Source of the DNA: Centroscyllium fabricii
Lineage: Eukaryota
DNA: 64,000 nt
Direction of reading: 5' to 3'
NCBI GenBank assembly: GCA_051313645.2
Contig: JBNRSN020000005.1
Location: 179,924,001 to 179,988,000, forward strand
Made by a program: the position numbers and the translations under genes. Of this stretch, positions 48,430 through 60,254 are shown piece by piece (positions within the stretch are counted from its first letter, which is position 1; every line of letters begins with the position of its first letter). The notes beneath the pieces are model-generated. The model saw nothing but the letters and a program-made list of their open reading frames with translations. It was not told the origin of the DNA and did not search any database.

Positions 48430-51400
48430 TTCATTGATGGGATGTGGGCGTCGCTGGCTGGCTAGGCCTACATTTAGTGCCCATCCCTAATTGCCCTTGA
48501 GAAGATGGTGGTGAGCCACCTTCTTGAACCGCTGCAGTCCATATGGTGTAGGTACACCCACAATGTTGTTAGGAAGGGAGTTTCAGGATTTTGGCCCAGC
48601 GACAGTGAAGGAGCAGCGATACAGGTCCAAGTCAGGATGGTGTGTGGCTTGGAGAGGAACTTGTAGGTGGTGCTGTTCCCATGCGTCTGCTGCCCTTGTC
48701 CTTCTAAGTGGTAGAGGTCGTGGGTTTGGAAGGTGCTGTTGAAGGAGCTTTGGCGAGTTGCTGCAGTGCATCTTGTAGATGGTACACACTGCAGCCACAG
48801 TGCGCCGGTGGTGGAGGGAGTTAATGTTGAAGGTGGTGGATGGAGTGCCAATCAAGCGGCCTGCTTTATCCTGAATGGTGTCGAGCTTCTTGAGTGTTGT
48901 TGGAGCTGCACTCATCCAGGCAAGTGGAGAGTATTCCATCACACTCCTGACTTGTGCCTTGTAGATGGTGGAAAGGCTTTGGGGAGTCAGGAGGTGAGAC
49001 ACTCGCCGCAGAATTCCCAGCCTCTGGCCTGCTCTTGTAGCCACAGTATTTATATGGCTGGTCCAGTTCAGTTTCCGATCAATGGTAACCCCCAGGATAT
49101 TGATAGTGGGGGATTCAGCGATGATAATGCCATTGAATGTCAAGGGGAGATGGTTAGAGTCTCGCTTGTTGGAGATGGTCATTGCCTGGCACTTATGTGG
49201 TGCGAATGTTACTTGCCACTTGTCAGCCCAAGTCTGAATGTTGTTCAGGTCTTGCTGCATATGGACACGGACTGCGTCAGTATCTGACGAGTCTCGAATG
49301 GTGCTGAACAGTGTGCAATCATCAGCGAACATCCCCACTTCTGACCTTATGATGGAGGGAAGGTCATTGATGAAACAGCTGAAGATGGTTGGGCCTAGGA
49401 CACTGCCCTGAGGAACTCCTGCAGTGATGTCCTGTGGTTGAGATGAATGACCTCCAACAACCACAGCCAACTTCCTTTGTGCTAGGTATGATTCCAACCA
49501 ATGGAGAGTTTTTCCCTTGATTCCCATTGACTTCAGCTCCTTGATGCCACACTCGATCAAATGCTGCCTTGATGTCAAGGGCAGTCACTCTCACCTCACC
49601 TCTTGAGTTCAGCTCTTTTGTCCATGTTTGGACCAAGGCTGTGATGAGGTCAGGAGCTGAGTGGCCCTGGCGGAACCCAAACTGGGCGTCAGTTAGCAGG
49701 TTATTGCTGAGTAAGTGCCGCTTGATAGCACTGTCGACGACACCTTCCATCACTTTGCTGATGATTGAGAGTAGACTGATGGGACGGTAATTGGCCGGGT
49801 CGGATTTGTCCTGCTTTTTGTAGACAGGACATACTTGGGCAATTTTCCACATTGCTGGGTAGATGCCAGTGTTGTAGCTGTACTGGAACAGCTTGGCTAG
49901 GGGCACAGCTAGTTCTGGATCACAAGTCTTCAGTACTATTACCGGAATGTTGTCAGGGCCCATAGCCTTTGCAGTATCCAGTGTCTTCAGCCGTTTCTTG
50001 ACATCACGTGGAGTGAATTGAATGGGCTGAAGACTGGCATCTGTGATGCTGGGGACCTCAGGAGGAGGCCGAGATGGATCATCCACTCGGCATTTCTGGC
50101 TGAAGATAGTTGCAAATGCTTCAGCCTTGTCTTTTGCACTCACGTGCTAGGCTCCACCATCATTGAGGATGGGGATATTTTTGGAGCCTCCTCCTCCTGT
50201 TAACTGTTTAATAGTCCACCACCACTCACGACTGGATGTGGCAGGACTGCAGAGCTTTGATTTGATCCGATGGTTGTGAGATCGCTTAGCTCTGTCTATC
50301 GCATGTTGCTTCTGTTGTTTGGCATGCAACTAGTCCTGTGTTGTAGCCTCGACAGGTTGACACCTCATTTTCCGGTATGCCTGGTGCTGTTCCCGGCATG
50401 CTCTCCTGCACTCTTCGTTAAACCAGGGTTGATCTCCCGGCTTGATGGTAATGGTAGAGTGAGGGATATGCCGGGCCATGAGGTCACAGATTGTGGGTGA
50501 ATCCAATTCTGCTGCTGCTGATGGCCCACAGCGCCTCACGGACGGGCGACACGGTGGCACAGTGGTTAGCACTGTTGTCTCACAGCACTGGAGACCCGGG
50601 TTCAAATCCAGCCTCGGGTACTATCTGTGTGGAGTTTGCACATTCTCCCCATGTCTGCGTGGGTTTCCTCCGGGTGCTCCGGTTTCCTCCCACAGTCCAA
50701 AAATGTGCGGGTTAGGTTGATTGGCCATGATAAATTGACCCTTAGTGTTAGGGGGATTAAATATGTGGGGTTATGGGGATGGGGTGGGATATGTGTCGAT
50801 GCAGGCTCGATACGGATCGAGCGATATGGGGAGAGGGCGGGGTACTGGGTTTGGATGATCAGCCATGATCTCATTGAATGGCGGAGCAGGCTCGAAGGGC
50901 CGAATGGCCTACTCCTGCTCCTAGTTTCTATGTTTCTATGGATGCCCAGTTTTGAGTTGCCAGATCTGTTCGAAATCTGTCCCATTTAGCACGGTGGTAG
51001 TGCCACACAACATGGTGGAAGGTATCCTCAACATGAAGACGGGACTTCGTCTCCACAAGGACTGTGCGGTGGTCACTTCCACCAATGCTGTCATGGACAG
51101 ATGCATCTGCAACAGGTAGATTGGTGAGGATGAGATCAAGTAGGTTTTTCCCTCTTGTTGGTTCCCTCACCACCTGTCGCAGACCCAGTCTGGCAGCTAT
51201 GTCCTTTAGGACTCGGCGGTCAGTTGTGGTGCTATCGAGCCACTCTTGGTGATGGACATTGAAGTCCCCCACCCAGAGGACATTTTGTGCCCTTGCTACT
51301 CTCAGTGCTTCTTCCAATTGATGTTCAACATGGAGGAGTACTGATTCATCAGCTGAGGGAAGGCGGTAGGTGGTAATTACTAGGAGGTTTCCTTGCCCAT

Positions 51401-51536
51401 GTTTGACTTGATGCCATGAGACATCCTGAGTCAATGTTGAGGACACCCAGGGCTACTCCCTCCCGACTGTATACCACAGTGCCACCACCTCTGGTGGGTC
51501 TGTCCTGCCGGTGGGACAGGACATACCCAGGAATGG
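48430..51536 (-). mobile_element. CR1-group LINE ORF2 (APE plus RT), clade uncertain, with an HE1-like SINE inserted at 50545-50940
   Basis: GDFN, PTRGKNLLDLILTN, SDH; ANYRPISLL, QFGFR, LDIKAAFDRVWH, GVPQGSVLGP, FADD, YKAQVRSVMEY. Confidence 0.85.
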
Positions 51537-51769
51537 TGATGCTGGAGTTATGTGAATAAACAATAGGCTTTTATTAGCTAAAGAACAGGAGCATACATCT
51601 GCTGATTGACTGGTCCAAGACTGAGTGGGAGTAGGGAGACGAACAGCCTTATACCTGGGTCCAGGGGAGGAGCCACAGGCGGAGTCAGCAGGGGCATGCC
51701 CAGGCAGGTTACATGCAGCCAGGTATAGTGAACTATAATACAATATATACAATACAGTGGCTTACCACA
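51537..51769 (-). mobile_element. Solo LTR related to the 60255-63187 family
   Basis: TG...CA ends; shares GGCTTTTATTAGCTAAA, GGAGGAG.CACAGGCGG, GCATGCCCAGG and GTGG.TTACCACA; imperfect TSD. Confidence 0.7.
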
Positions 51770-52588
51770 AAGTGGTAAGTAAATATTATTACAAGTATAT
51801 CTGTTATGCTCTGTATCTTTCAGTATCAGTTCGAAGCATGATATTTTTATTTTGTCGGTCAAAAATATATTACTTTTGTAAATTTGCTGTATTATTGCAT
51901 TCACAGTTCAGCTGCATCAGGACCTCAATAAACATCAGAAACTGCACTCCAGGTCCCAGCCTATCTGCCAACACCACAGAATATCTATTGGTATGGTTAG
52001 GATTTGCAATAACATATAGGAAAAAAAATTATTCACCTAGCAATACCGTTGTTTAAAGAAATTAGCTTCTTTTCTCAGTCATTTTGCTCAGGCCACTACT
52101 CTTGTATTTAAGGCTTTATACAATACACACCAGCCTAATTCTTTGACCAAAGGAGATGGCGGAGACCACAAGAAATGTAACACACAAGAGTTCAAACAGC
52201 AGCACCATGTCGGAGACATCAGGCACAGAATGGATGGGAGATCTAAAAATGGATGAAAACTATACCTATGGTAAGTATCCTAACATTCTATCTCATTCAT
52301 TCTAACTCTAGATAGCAGTAGGATTAGTACAGAATACTACAGGAACTAATGCTGGGGTTCCTGAAGATCTAAACGTTCAGGCGATCTTGCATCAAAGTGT
52401 TTTTTCATCCCGAGTTTATGTTTGGTGAAGGTATTCCAGGTAGTTGTCTTGTAGAAAGCTTCAACGGAAATTGCGGAAGTTGAACCAATAAAGTAGTGCA
52501 TTGTAATTCAAATCCCTTGCTTTTAACAATGCAGCAGTTGGAAGGGGCAGGAAGGATTGATGAAAAAATACCTTGTTCCATAGTGTTA

Positions 52589-52901
52589 AACATAGAAACA
52601 TAGAAACTAGGAGCAGGAGTAGGCCATTCGGCCCTTCGAGCATGCAACGAGATCATGGCTGATCATCCAAACCCAGCACCCCGGCCCTGCCCTCTCCCCA
52701 TATCCCTCGATCCCTATCGAGCCTCCATCGACACATATCCCACCCTATCCCCGTAACCCCACATATTCAAACCCCCTAACACTAAGGGTCAATTTATCAT
52801 GGCCAATCAACCTAACCCGCACATCTTTGGACTGTGGGAGGAAACCGGAGCACCCGGAGGAAACCCACGCAGACACGGGGAGAATGTGCAAACTCCACAC
52901 A
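52589..52901 (-). mobile_element. HE1-like SINE, 5'-truncated
   Basis: Reverse complement of the 14344 body and tail. Confidence 0.85.
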
Positions 52902-53030
52902 GGTTTGAATTTTAAAAAGTCTTAGGTTATTATGTTTGACTTAAAGATTCCATTTTCTTCTGCACATCAATAATCAGTACTTTTTCAAAAAGCTAGTAAG
53001 TATAGTAAATTGGTTTTGAAGATTCCTTAC

Positions 53031-53170
53031 TTAAGCAAACCTTTGCGATGAGTGACGTACAGCTCTTGAGGTATCGTGGTCTTGCTGTAGGGCGCAGCAT
53101 GGATAAAATCCTTCAGCAAAGGAAACTCTGGGACCACATGAGGTACAGTAATAACACAGTAGTCTCGGTC
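53031..53170 (-). CDS. CFAP61: CFAP61 coding exon (140 nt): DRDYCVITVPHVVPEFPLLKDFIHAAPYSKTTIPQELYVTHRKGLL(K)
   Basis: ATTATAG acceptor, TAA|GTAAGG donor, phase 0/2; matches the recalled D..FCVI..PH..PEF.L...LYV.HR.GLLK. Confidence 0.92.
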
Positions 53171-53482
53171 CTATAATCATTTGTGGCAAAAACACAAAAT
53201 AATAAGCAACTAATAGTTAAAAAAATTCCAACACACTAAAGAATTCAGAGAACATCTTAAACTCTGGGGGTAATATTTGAGCAGTTTAAGCACCTCATTT
53301 TGTATGTACACTGTACAACATACAATTAAAGTATTCTTAAAATAATTATTTTTGCAGAGACTGTAGCAGTGGGAATTTAACTAATATGTTTAATGGTGTG
53401 ATGAAGCAAGACAAAGTGGCAGTCTGAATGAGTGTGAGAGCAGATGGACTGTCAGTGTATTGTCCATCCTTATGGAACTAAT

Positions 53483-54162
53483 ATAGAAACATAGAAGATA
53501 GGAGCAGGAGTAGGCCATTCGGCCCCTCGAGCCTGCTCCGCCATTCAATGAGATCATGGCTGATCATCCAAACTCAGTACCCTGTCCCTGCCTTCTCCCC
53601 ATATCCCTTGATCCCTCTAGGCTGAAGAAATATATCCAGCTCCTTCTTGAATATATTCAATGAACTAGCCTCCACCGCCCTCTGTGGCAGAGAATTCCAC
53701 AGGTTCACCACTCACTGGGTGAAGAAATTCCTCCTCATCTCTGTCCTAAATGAGTTACCCCTTATCCTCAGGCTATGACCCCTGGTTCTGGACTCTCCGA
53801 TCATCGGGAACATTCTTGCTGCATCAAGTTTGTGCAGACCAGTTAGAATTTTATACGTTTCGATGAGATCCCCTCTCAATCTTCTAAACTCCAGAGAGGA
53901 CAAACCCAGTCTACCCAGTCTCTCCTCAGACGTCATTCCTGCCATCGCAGGTATCAGCCTGGTGAATCTTCACTGCACTCCCTCCATGGCAAGAACGTCC
54001 TTCCTTAGATAAGGAGCCCAAAATTGCACACAGTACTCAAGGTGTGGTCTCACCAAGGCCATGTACAACTGCAGCAAGACCTCCCTGTTCCTGTACTGGA
54101 ACCCTTTCGCTATGAAGGCCAATATACCATTTGCCTTCTTCACCGCCTGCTGCACCTGCATG
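53483..54162 (-). mobile_element. CR1 LINE 3' fragment
   Basis: [11 protein letters not shown]...[13 protein letters not shown]...TRGHSL. Confidence 0.88.
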
Positions 54163-54942
54163 CATAATATATCACGTCATTCTAAGATTAGTACAAATTT
54201 TTAGTACACATTTAATGTTGAGTAATTATGCGCCTTGCATGTATTGTATTTAAATTATTCAATAAGGAACTATGGAAGACAGTTCACTCGGCCAGCACCT
54301 AGGCACACCAACACATAGCCCTGTTAAACCACACATAATCATTGCATCACCCTTTTACTGTAGTTAGGATATTGCAATCCAGGGACAACCCGTGTGTTTT
54401 CCGCTAATACACTCGGCATGCCACTAAATCTCGCTTCTGCCAAACAGTTTCGAGACAGGGCATGAAATTATTCAATAGGATGTTATAATACCCTAGTATT
54501 ACAAAATTCTGAGGGAAAATTGGAGAGTCAGCCCCAGGACCATGCTATCAACCAGAGCAGCGCTGCTGTTTAAAAACAGAATTAGTCATTATGTCTAGTT
54601 ATGGTCAGAAGAAAATTCTGCAGGCAACACCTGTTACTCTATTAACTACCACTTCTGCCACCCTCACCTCCCCGCTTAGCAACCAATTGAGGGGAAAGAG
54701 GGCATAATAAGAAACTGATCTAGAATGTATATTGTGCTACAATATGCTTCTATAGCATGAAGCCCACTGTATAAAATAGTGGTTGTCAGCATGTAATTAC
54801 CGGCTGTATTTCAATTTTGATATTCTCAGGACTACCCGAGCTTCGTTCTTGTGGTCTAGTAACACGTTGACCTACATATTTTTCTGAATAATGTACAATA
54901 TTGGTTCTGTAACACAATGAAGATTATTTAAGATTCACTTAC

Positions 54943-54982
54943 TGGATAAAGATTAAAAATATAGGGCAAAAAATCCTGAGAC
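54943..54982 (-). CDS. CFAP61: CFAP61 small coding exon (40 nt): (R)SQDFLPYIFNLYP
   Basis: TCTTTTTCGTTCACAG acceptor, CCA|GTAAGT donor, phase 2/0; joins to DRDYCV as expected from the recalled RSLDF...F.LF.DK.FCV. Confidence 0.85.
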
Positions 54983-55111
54983 CTGTGAACGAAAAAGACA
55001 TACAGTTTTGTGGTCAAAGTTGGTAACAAAAACAGAACTTTAACTTTAGCCAGCTGATTAGAATATCCAATAAGTTTGAGTCTTTACTTGCATACTTACG
55101 TGTAAATACCT

Positions 55112-55859
55112 GGGGGAAAAATTCGGTGGCGCCCTTTTTGGGGCACTAACCTCGTCGGTGCGCTACTTTTAGCGCCCGGCTAACGCTCGCGCTGCTCCTC
55201 GGGAAATTGGGTTTCAGCACCTCAAGTAGGAGGCTGGGCGCTACTGCAGGCACCCGACCTCATTCTATAGGCGCAACAACTGAATTTCGGGCGCTGTGGG
55301 TCGCTGCGCCATGCTCTGCAGAGTGCCGCCCCGCGGTACTGCAGGCTTTCCTCCCCTGATTAAAGGGGAGTGGCCTAGTGCGGTTCCGGCCGGAGCCCCG
55401 TTGGGCTGCCGGGGATCGCAATGCCGCCGAAGGAGCCCGGCACTCGAGGAAAGTGCCGGGCTCACGAAGCACAGCCAGCCCACCGCGGGAGGACATCGGG
55501 GAAGACCGGGGACGGCAGAGGGGGCAGGTGCTGGCAGTTGGCCAGCAAGAAAAATGGCCACCCGGCACCCTTCCCTTTAATTATCGCTCCTCTGCTGCAA
55601 GCACGCCCCCCTGACCCTGTCGTTGGCAGTGTCAGTCGGTATGGCAGCGGGCGCGACAGAAGTTCGCGGCCGGGGCACGAGCGGGGCGCTACGCACTTCG
55701 ATAACGTCAGCCGGCGCTGTAGAGTCGCGGGGCGCTACCAGCTACCGCCCCCACCAGCGCCCCACTGAATATCGCGGGAGGCGCCAGCCCAGGCTTGCGC
55801 CCCATTAGCAGCCCTCTTAGGGCGCTAACGGGAGGTGCAAGCAACTGAATTTCTCCCCC
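55112..55859. mobile_element. CpG-rich MITE with about 19-bp imperfect TIRs
   Basis: GGGGGAAAAATTCGGTGGC / GCAACTGAATTTCTCCCCC; repeated GGCGCTA/TAGCGCC motifs, as in the 43154 element. Confidence 0.75.
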
Positions 55860-56216
55860 CTACAGTTAGCAATTCTGGTGGCAGCTTTATTACTTCCATA
55901 TAGAAATAATGTAAAAACAGAATCTTTCTGGAAAAAAATCTAATGTTTCAATAATTGTTTGCATTTAAAGCTCTAAAGAGTTCACCAAGCCTGGAGTTGC
56001 TAACATTTCATTCAGGTCAGTGTAATTCTACAGTGCAACATATAAATCTCACCTATGGGGAGCGTTAATTATGATCGCTGAGTTATTTGAATACTAATAC
56101 ACTGCACTGAGAATTATGGATGGATGGGTGTGGACTACAAGGTAACAATTCAATCAAGATCTTTAGATGATGTCAAAGCTTGCGCAGTAATTGGTGTCTG
56201 AAACCCGAGAATTACT

Positions 56217-57051
56217 GGGGGGAATTTTTCCGGAAGGGCGGGAACCTGGCGGGGATTGGTCGGGACGGCTTCCGGTTCCGCCCACCCAACCAGCTGGGAA
56301 GGCCTCGCAATTTTAGGTTAATGAGGTCGTTAAATCCCCGTCGGCGGCAGCGGCAGGTAATTAGGTGAATCGGGTCGGGCTGCAGCAGAGCTGCGAGCAC
56401 TCTGAGTGACAGTTCCAGCACTGGTTGTTGTCAGTTCCCATGGCAACATTCCACTGTGACATAACAGTGGAGTGGAGCCAATGGGAAAGGCCAAGTGCTG
56501 GTGACTGACAGGTGGGCGGGCGGGCTCCAAATCCCTCACAGCTCGCAGCAGCTGAGAGGCCATGGCAAGAACTGAGACTGCTCAGTTTCTGGTCTCAGCT
56601 GATATTGAAGGCAGAACGGAGGTACTTACTCCTCTAAGGTGCTGGAGGCATGCCAAGCATTTGGCAGCATGTCCTTCAGACCTTAAAGGAGAAAGTAATA
56701 AATTCAGGAACTCACACAACACCAGGTTATAGTCCAAAAGTTATAACCAGCGCTGTGCTCCCGCTGGGTTTCACCCAGCGAGGTTTAAGGTGACGGGGTT
56801 AGGGTGGAAAACACAGCAAAATGGCTGAGGGCCCTTAAAATGGCATTAAAAATGCCAATTAAGGACCCTTAACGAGGTGACAACCCATCCCCGCCGGTCG
56901 GCGGCGGGAAGGTTTTGGGGCGGGTAATCTGGGTACGGGAAAATGAGAAAGCGGCGGGAATCTGGCGGGGAGGGGTGGGACCCGCTGGTTCCGCTATTTT
57001 GCTGGCCCGGCCGCCGAAAACCCCGCCTCACGGGGACATGAAAATTCCCCC
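56217..57051. mobile_element. MITE family A copy 3
   Basis: GGGGGAATTTT / AAAATTCCCCC TIRs; ACT on both flanks. Confidence 0.88.
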
Positions 57052-57093
57052 ACTGTCTGTAATCCTCTTTTAGAATTTAACTCTACATATATT

Positions 57094-57823
57094 GGGCTGG
57101 AAATTGCAGTCGGAAGCTTCTTGCAGGCGAATGCCTCTGATCCCCCAAAAAAGTACAAGCCTACCTGGTGCCTCTGTATCTTTGGACTGTTGCGGTCCTG
57201 GGCCTGCAGGCGTCACCTGTGTAAAGGCCCATGTATCCCAGGGCGCATGCGGTTTGCAAGCGGCTCTGGGATCACGTGGGCCAGCCCAACCAATCAGAAA
57301 GGGGGATTCCCATTATGCTTATGGGGATGCCATTTACATATGGAATCCCCATGAGCAAAATAGGAAACACATAAAAAACACTTTCACTCCACTTAAATAA
57401 AAATAAATCACCACGTTAAAAATGAATTCAAATACAATTTAATTAAACATTTAAAACAAAAGTTTAATTTTTTGAAAAATAAATTAAACATTTTCAAAGG
57501 GGCCAAAAAGAATCGAAACTAATTTTAAAGGTTTTTGAATGTTTAAATGATTTTTTAAAATTAATTTTAATACTTATTTAAACTCTTACGCTGGTAAAAG
57601 ACCTTATACCTGCTTTTACCAGGCGTAAGAGTTTTGAGGGTATTTGCTGAGCAGTAGTTGGGCACCCACAAAACTCTTACGCCAGGAAAAAGCTGAAAAT
57701 TGACAGATCGCAAGTTCCAGGTTTTCGCGCATGCGTATCGCATGCAGAAACCCGGAACTTGCGGGTCACTAACAACCGTGTACGCTGTGCGTATGGGGTC
57801 ATAGACCCCAGAAAATACAGGCC
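57094..57823. mobile_element. MITE-like element with an AT-rich core
   Basis: ATT on both flanks; imperfect GGGCTGGAAATT / AAAATACAGGCC ends. Confidence 0.6.
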
Positions 57824-57829
57824 ATTGAG

Positions 57830-58670
57830 TTACATCGAGTGTATAGCACAGAAACAGGCCATTCGGCCCAACTGGTCTATGCCAGCATTTATGCTCCACG
57901 TGAACCTCGTGCTACCCTATTTCATCTAACCTTATCAGTATATCCTTCTGTTCCTTTCTCCCTCATGTGCTTATCGAGCTTCCCCTTAAATGTATCTATG
58001 AAATTCACCTCAACTACTCCATGTGGTAGCGCATGCCACATTCTTTCCACTCTTTGGGTAAAGAAGTTTCTCCTGAATTCCCTATTGGATTTCATAGAAT
58101 CATAGAAGTTTACGGCACAGAAGGAGGCCAAAAGAGGTATCCAGCCTAATCCCAATTTCCAGCTCTTGGTCCATAGCCTTGCAAGTTACAACACTTCAAA
58201 TGCATATCCAAGTACTTTTTAAATGCAATGAGAGTTTCTGCCTCCACCAGCCTTGCAGGTAGTGTGTTCCAGATCCCCATCGCACTCTGAGTGAAAAAGG
58301 TTCTCCTCAACTCCTCTCTAATCCTTCTACCAATTACTTTAAATCTATGCCCCCTGGCTATTGACCTCTGTGCTAAGGCAAATATGTCCTTCCTATCCAC
58401 TCTCTAGGCTCCTCATAATTTTATACACCTCAATCAAGTCTCTCCTCAGCCTCTTCCGTTCCAAAGAAAACAACCCCAGCCTATCCAATCTTTCCTCCTA
58501 GCTAAAATTCCCCAGTTCTGGCAACATCCTCATAGCTCTCCTCTGTACCCTCTCTAGTACAATCACATCTTTCCTGTAATGTGGTGACCAGAACTGTACA
58601 CAGTACTCTATCTGCGGCCTAACTAGTGTTTTATACAGTTCTAGCATAACCTCCCTGCTCCTATATTCTG
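57830..58670 (-). mobile_element. Two adjacent CR1 3' fragments
   Basis: RRNFFTQRV.RMW.ALP; [15 protein letters not shown]. Confidence 0.8.
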
Positions 58671-59202
58671 TGGCCAGAATTTTCATGCTGCTGTGCGTGC
58701 GGGATTGGAGGTGGGTCAGGAGTAAAATTGTTTAAAAAAAGGAGTGTGTGGGGAAGCTGCCGTCATCCCGCCTCCCCGTGCCTTTAACTCGGGCATGTTT
58801 GCCAGCGCGGCACAGACCCAAATGGTAGAGGCGGACCACCTAATTTAGCTCATTAACACCTTGTTGTCAGACCCTTAACAGTGTTTTTAACCAGACCATT
58901 GGAATTTAACTGCATGACCAGGGGAATCACGCAGCTCAGAAACCAAGTCTGTCAAGTTGGTTCAGTGGCCATTGATCGAGGTCATTACTGCAGAGCATCA
59001 AAAGCACAAAAACTGCCAGATGACTCCTGCCTACTTGCCTAAGGGAAAGGCTCTTGCTGAGTGCATTCTGAGCACAGATTTAGGTGTCTACAGTTTGCAA
59101 GTCTTTTCTGAAAATTCGGAAGCCACTCACACCTCATTGCTACTAACCATCACACCACTGACAGATTGCTTCTCTGATCTCTACTTGACCTACCATCTAT
59201 TA

Positions 59203-59481
59203 TGTTGTAAACCACTCTTTATGTATATATCTGTATATTATTGTAACCACCCTTAAACCATGTTGTATTGTAGTTCTTTGTATGTGATCACCTGGACATG
59301 CCCATGCTGGCCCCGCCTGTGACTCCTCCCTCCCAGGACCAGGTACATAAGCGGCCGTCTCCCTCTCCCCGGCCATTCCTGGGGACGGTCGACTAGCTGG
59401 TGCATGTCCACCTTTAGCTAATAAAAGCCTATAGTTTTCACCTCTTAATAACTCGTCTCCGAGGTCGTTAATTCGGTAACA
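59203..59481 (+). mobile_element. Solo LTR of the PBS-less Gypsy family
   Basis: TG...CA ends; perfect TATTA TSD at 59198-59202 and 59482-59486; TTTAGCTAATAAAAGCC poly(A) region. Confidence 0.88.
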
Positions 59482-59599
59482 TATTACATCAGCATGGGTG
59501 CCATTTATACTATCTCATCTTGGTCCTCAGAATTGGACAAGGATGAGCCTCAACACCAACAGCAGCAGGCACACCAGCAGCAGCAACAGGACCAACCAT

Positions 59600-60045
59600 A
59601 GGATTACATAGGATATACGGTACAGAACCAGGCCATTTGGCCCAACCAGTCCATGCCAGCGTTTATGCTCCACTCGAGCCTCCTCCTGTCTTTCCTCATC
59701 TAACTCTATCAGTATAACTCTCTATTCCCTTCTCCCTCATATGCTTGTCTAGCCTCCCCTTAAATGCATCGATACTATTCTCTTCAACCACTCCCTGTGG
59801 TAGCAAGTTCCACATTCTCACCACTCTCTGGTTAAAGAGGTTTCTTCTGAATTCCCTATTGGATTTCTTGGTGACTATCTTATATTGATAGCCTCTAGTC
59901 ATGCTCTTCCACACAAGTGGAAACATTCTCTCTCTATCCACTCCATCAAAACCTTTCATAATTTTAAAGATCTCTATTAGGTCACCCCTCAGCCTTCTTT
60001 TTTCAAGAGAAAAGAGACCCAGCCTGTTCATCCTTCCCCGATATA
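59600..60045 (-). mobile_element. CR1 LINE 3' fragment
   Basis: RLGLFSLEKRRLRGDLIE.FKI...RVVRMWNLLP. Confidence 0.85.
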
Positions 60046-60254
60046 TAAAGGCCAGACCGGGTAAGGATGGCAGATTTCCTTCGCTAAAGGATATTAGTAA
60101 GCCAGATGGGATTTTACGACAATCCGGTAGTTTCGTGGTCACCATTACTGATACTAGCTTTTTTTTAAATTCCAGATTTATTTAATTAATTGAATTTAAA
60201 CTCCACAGCTGCTGTGGTGGATTACTAGTCCAGTAACATAACCACTATAATACC

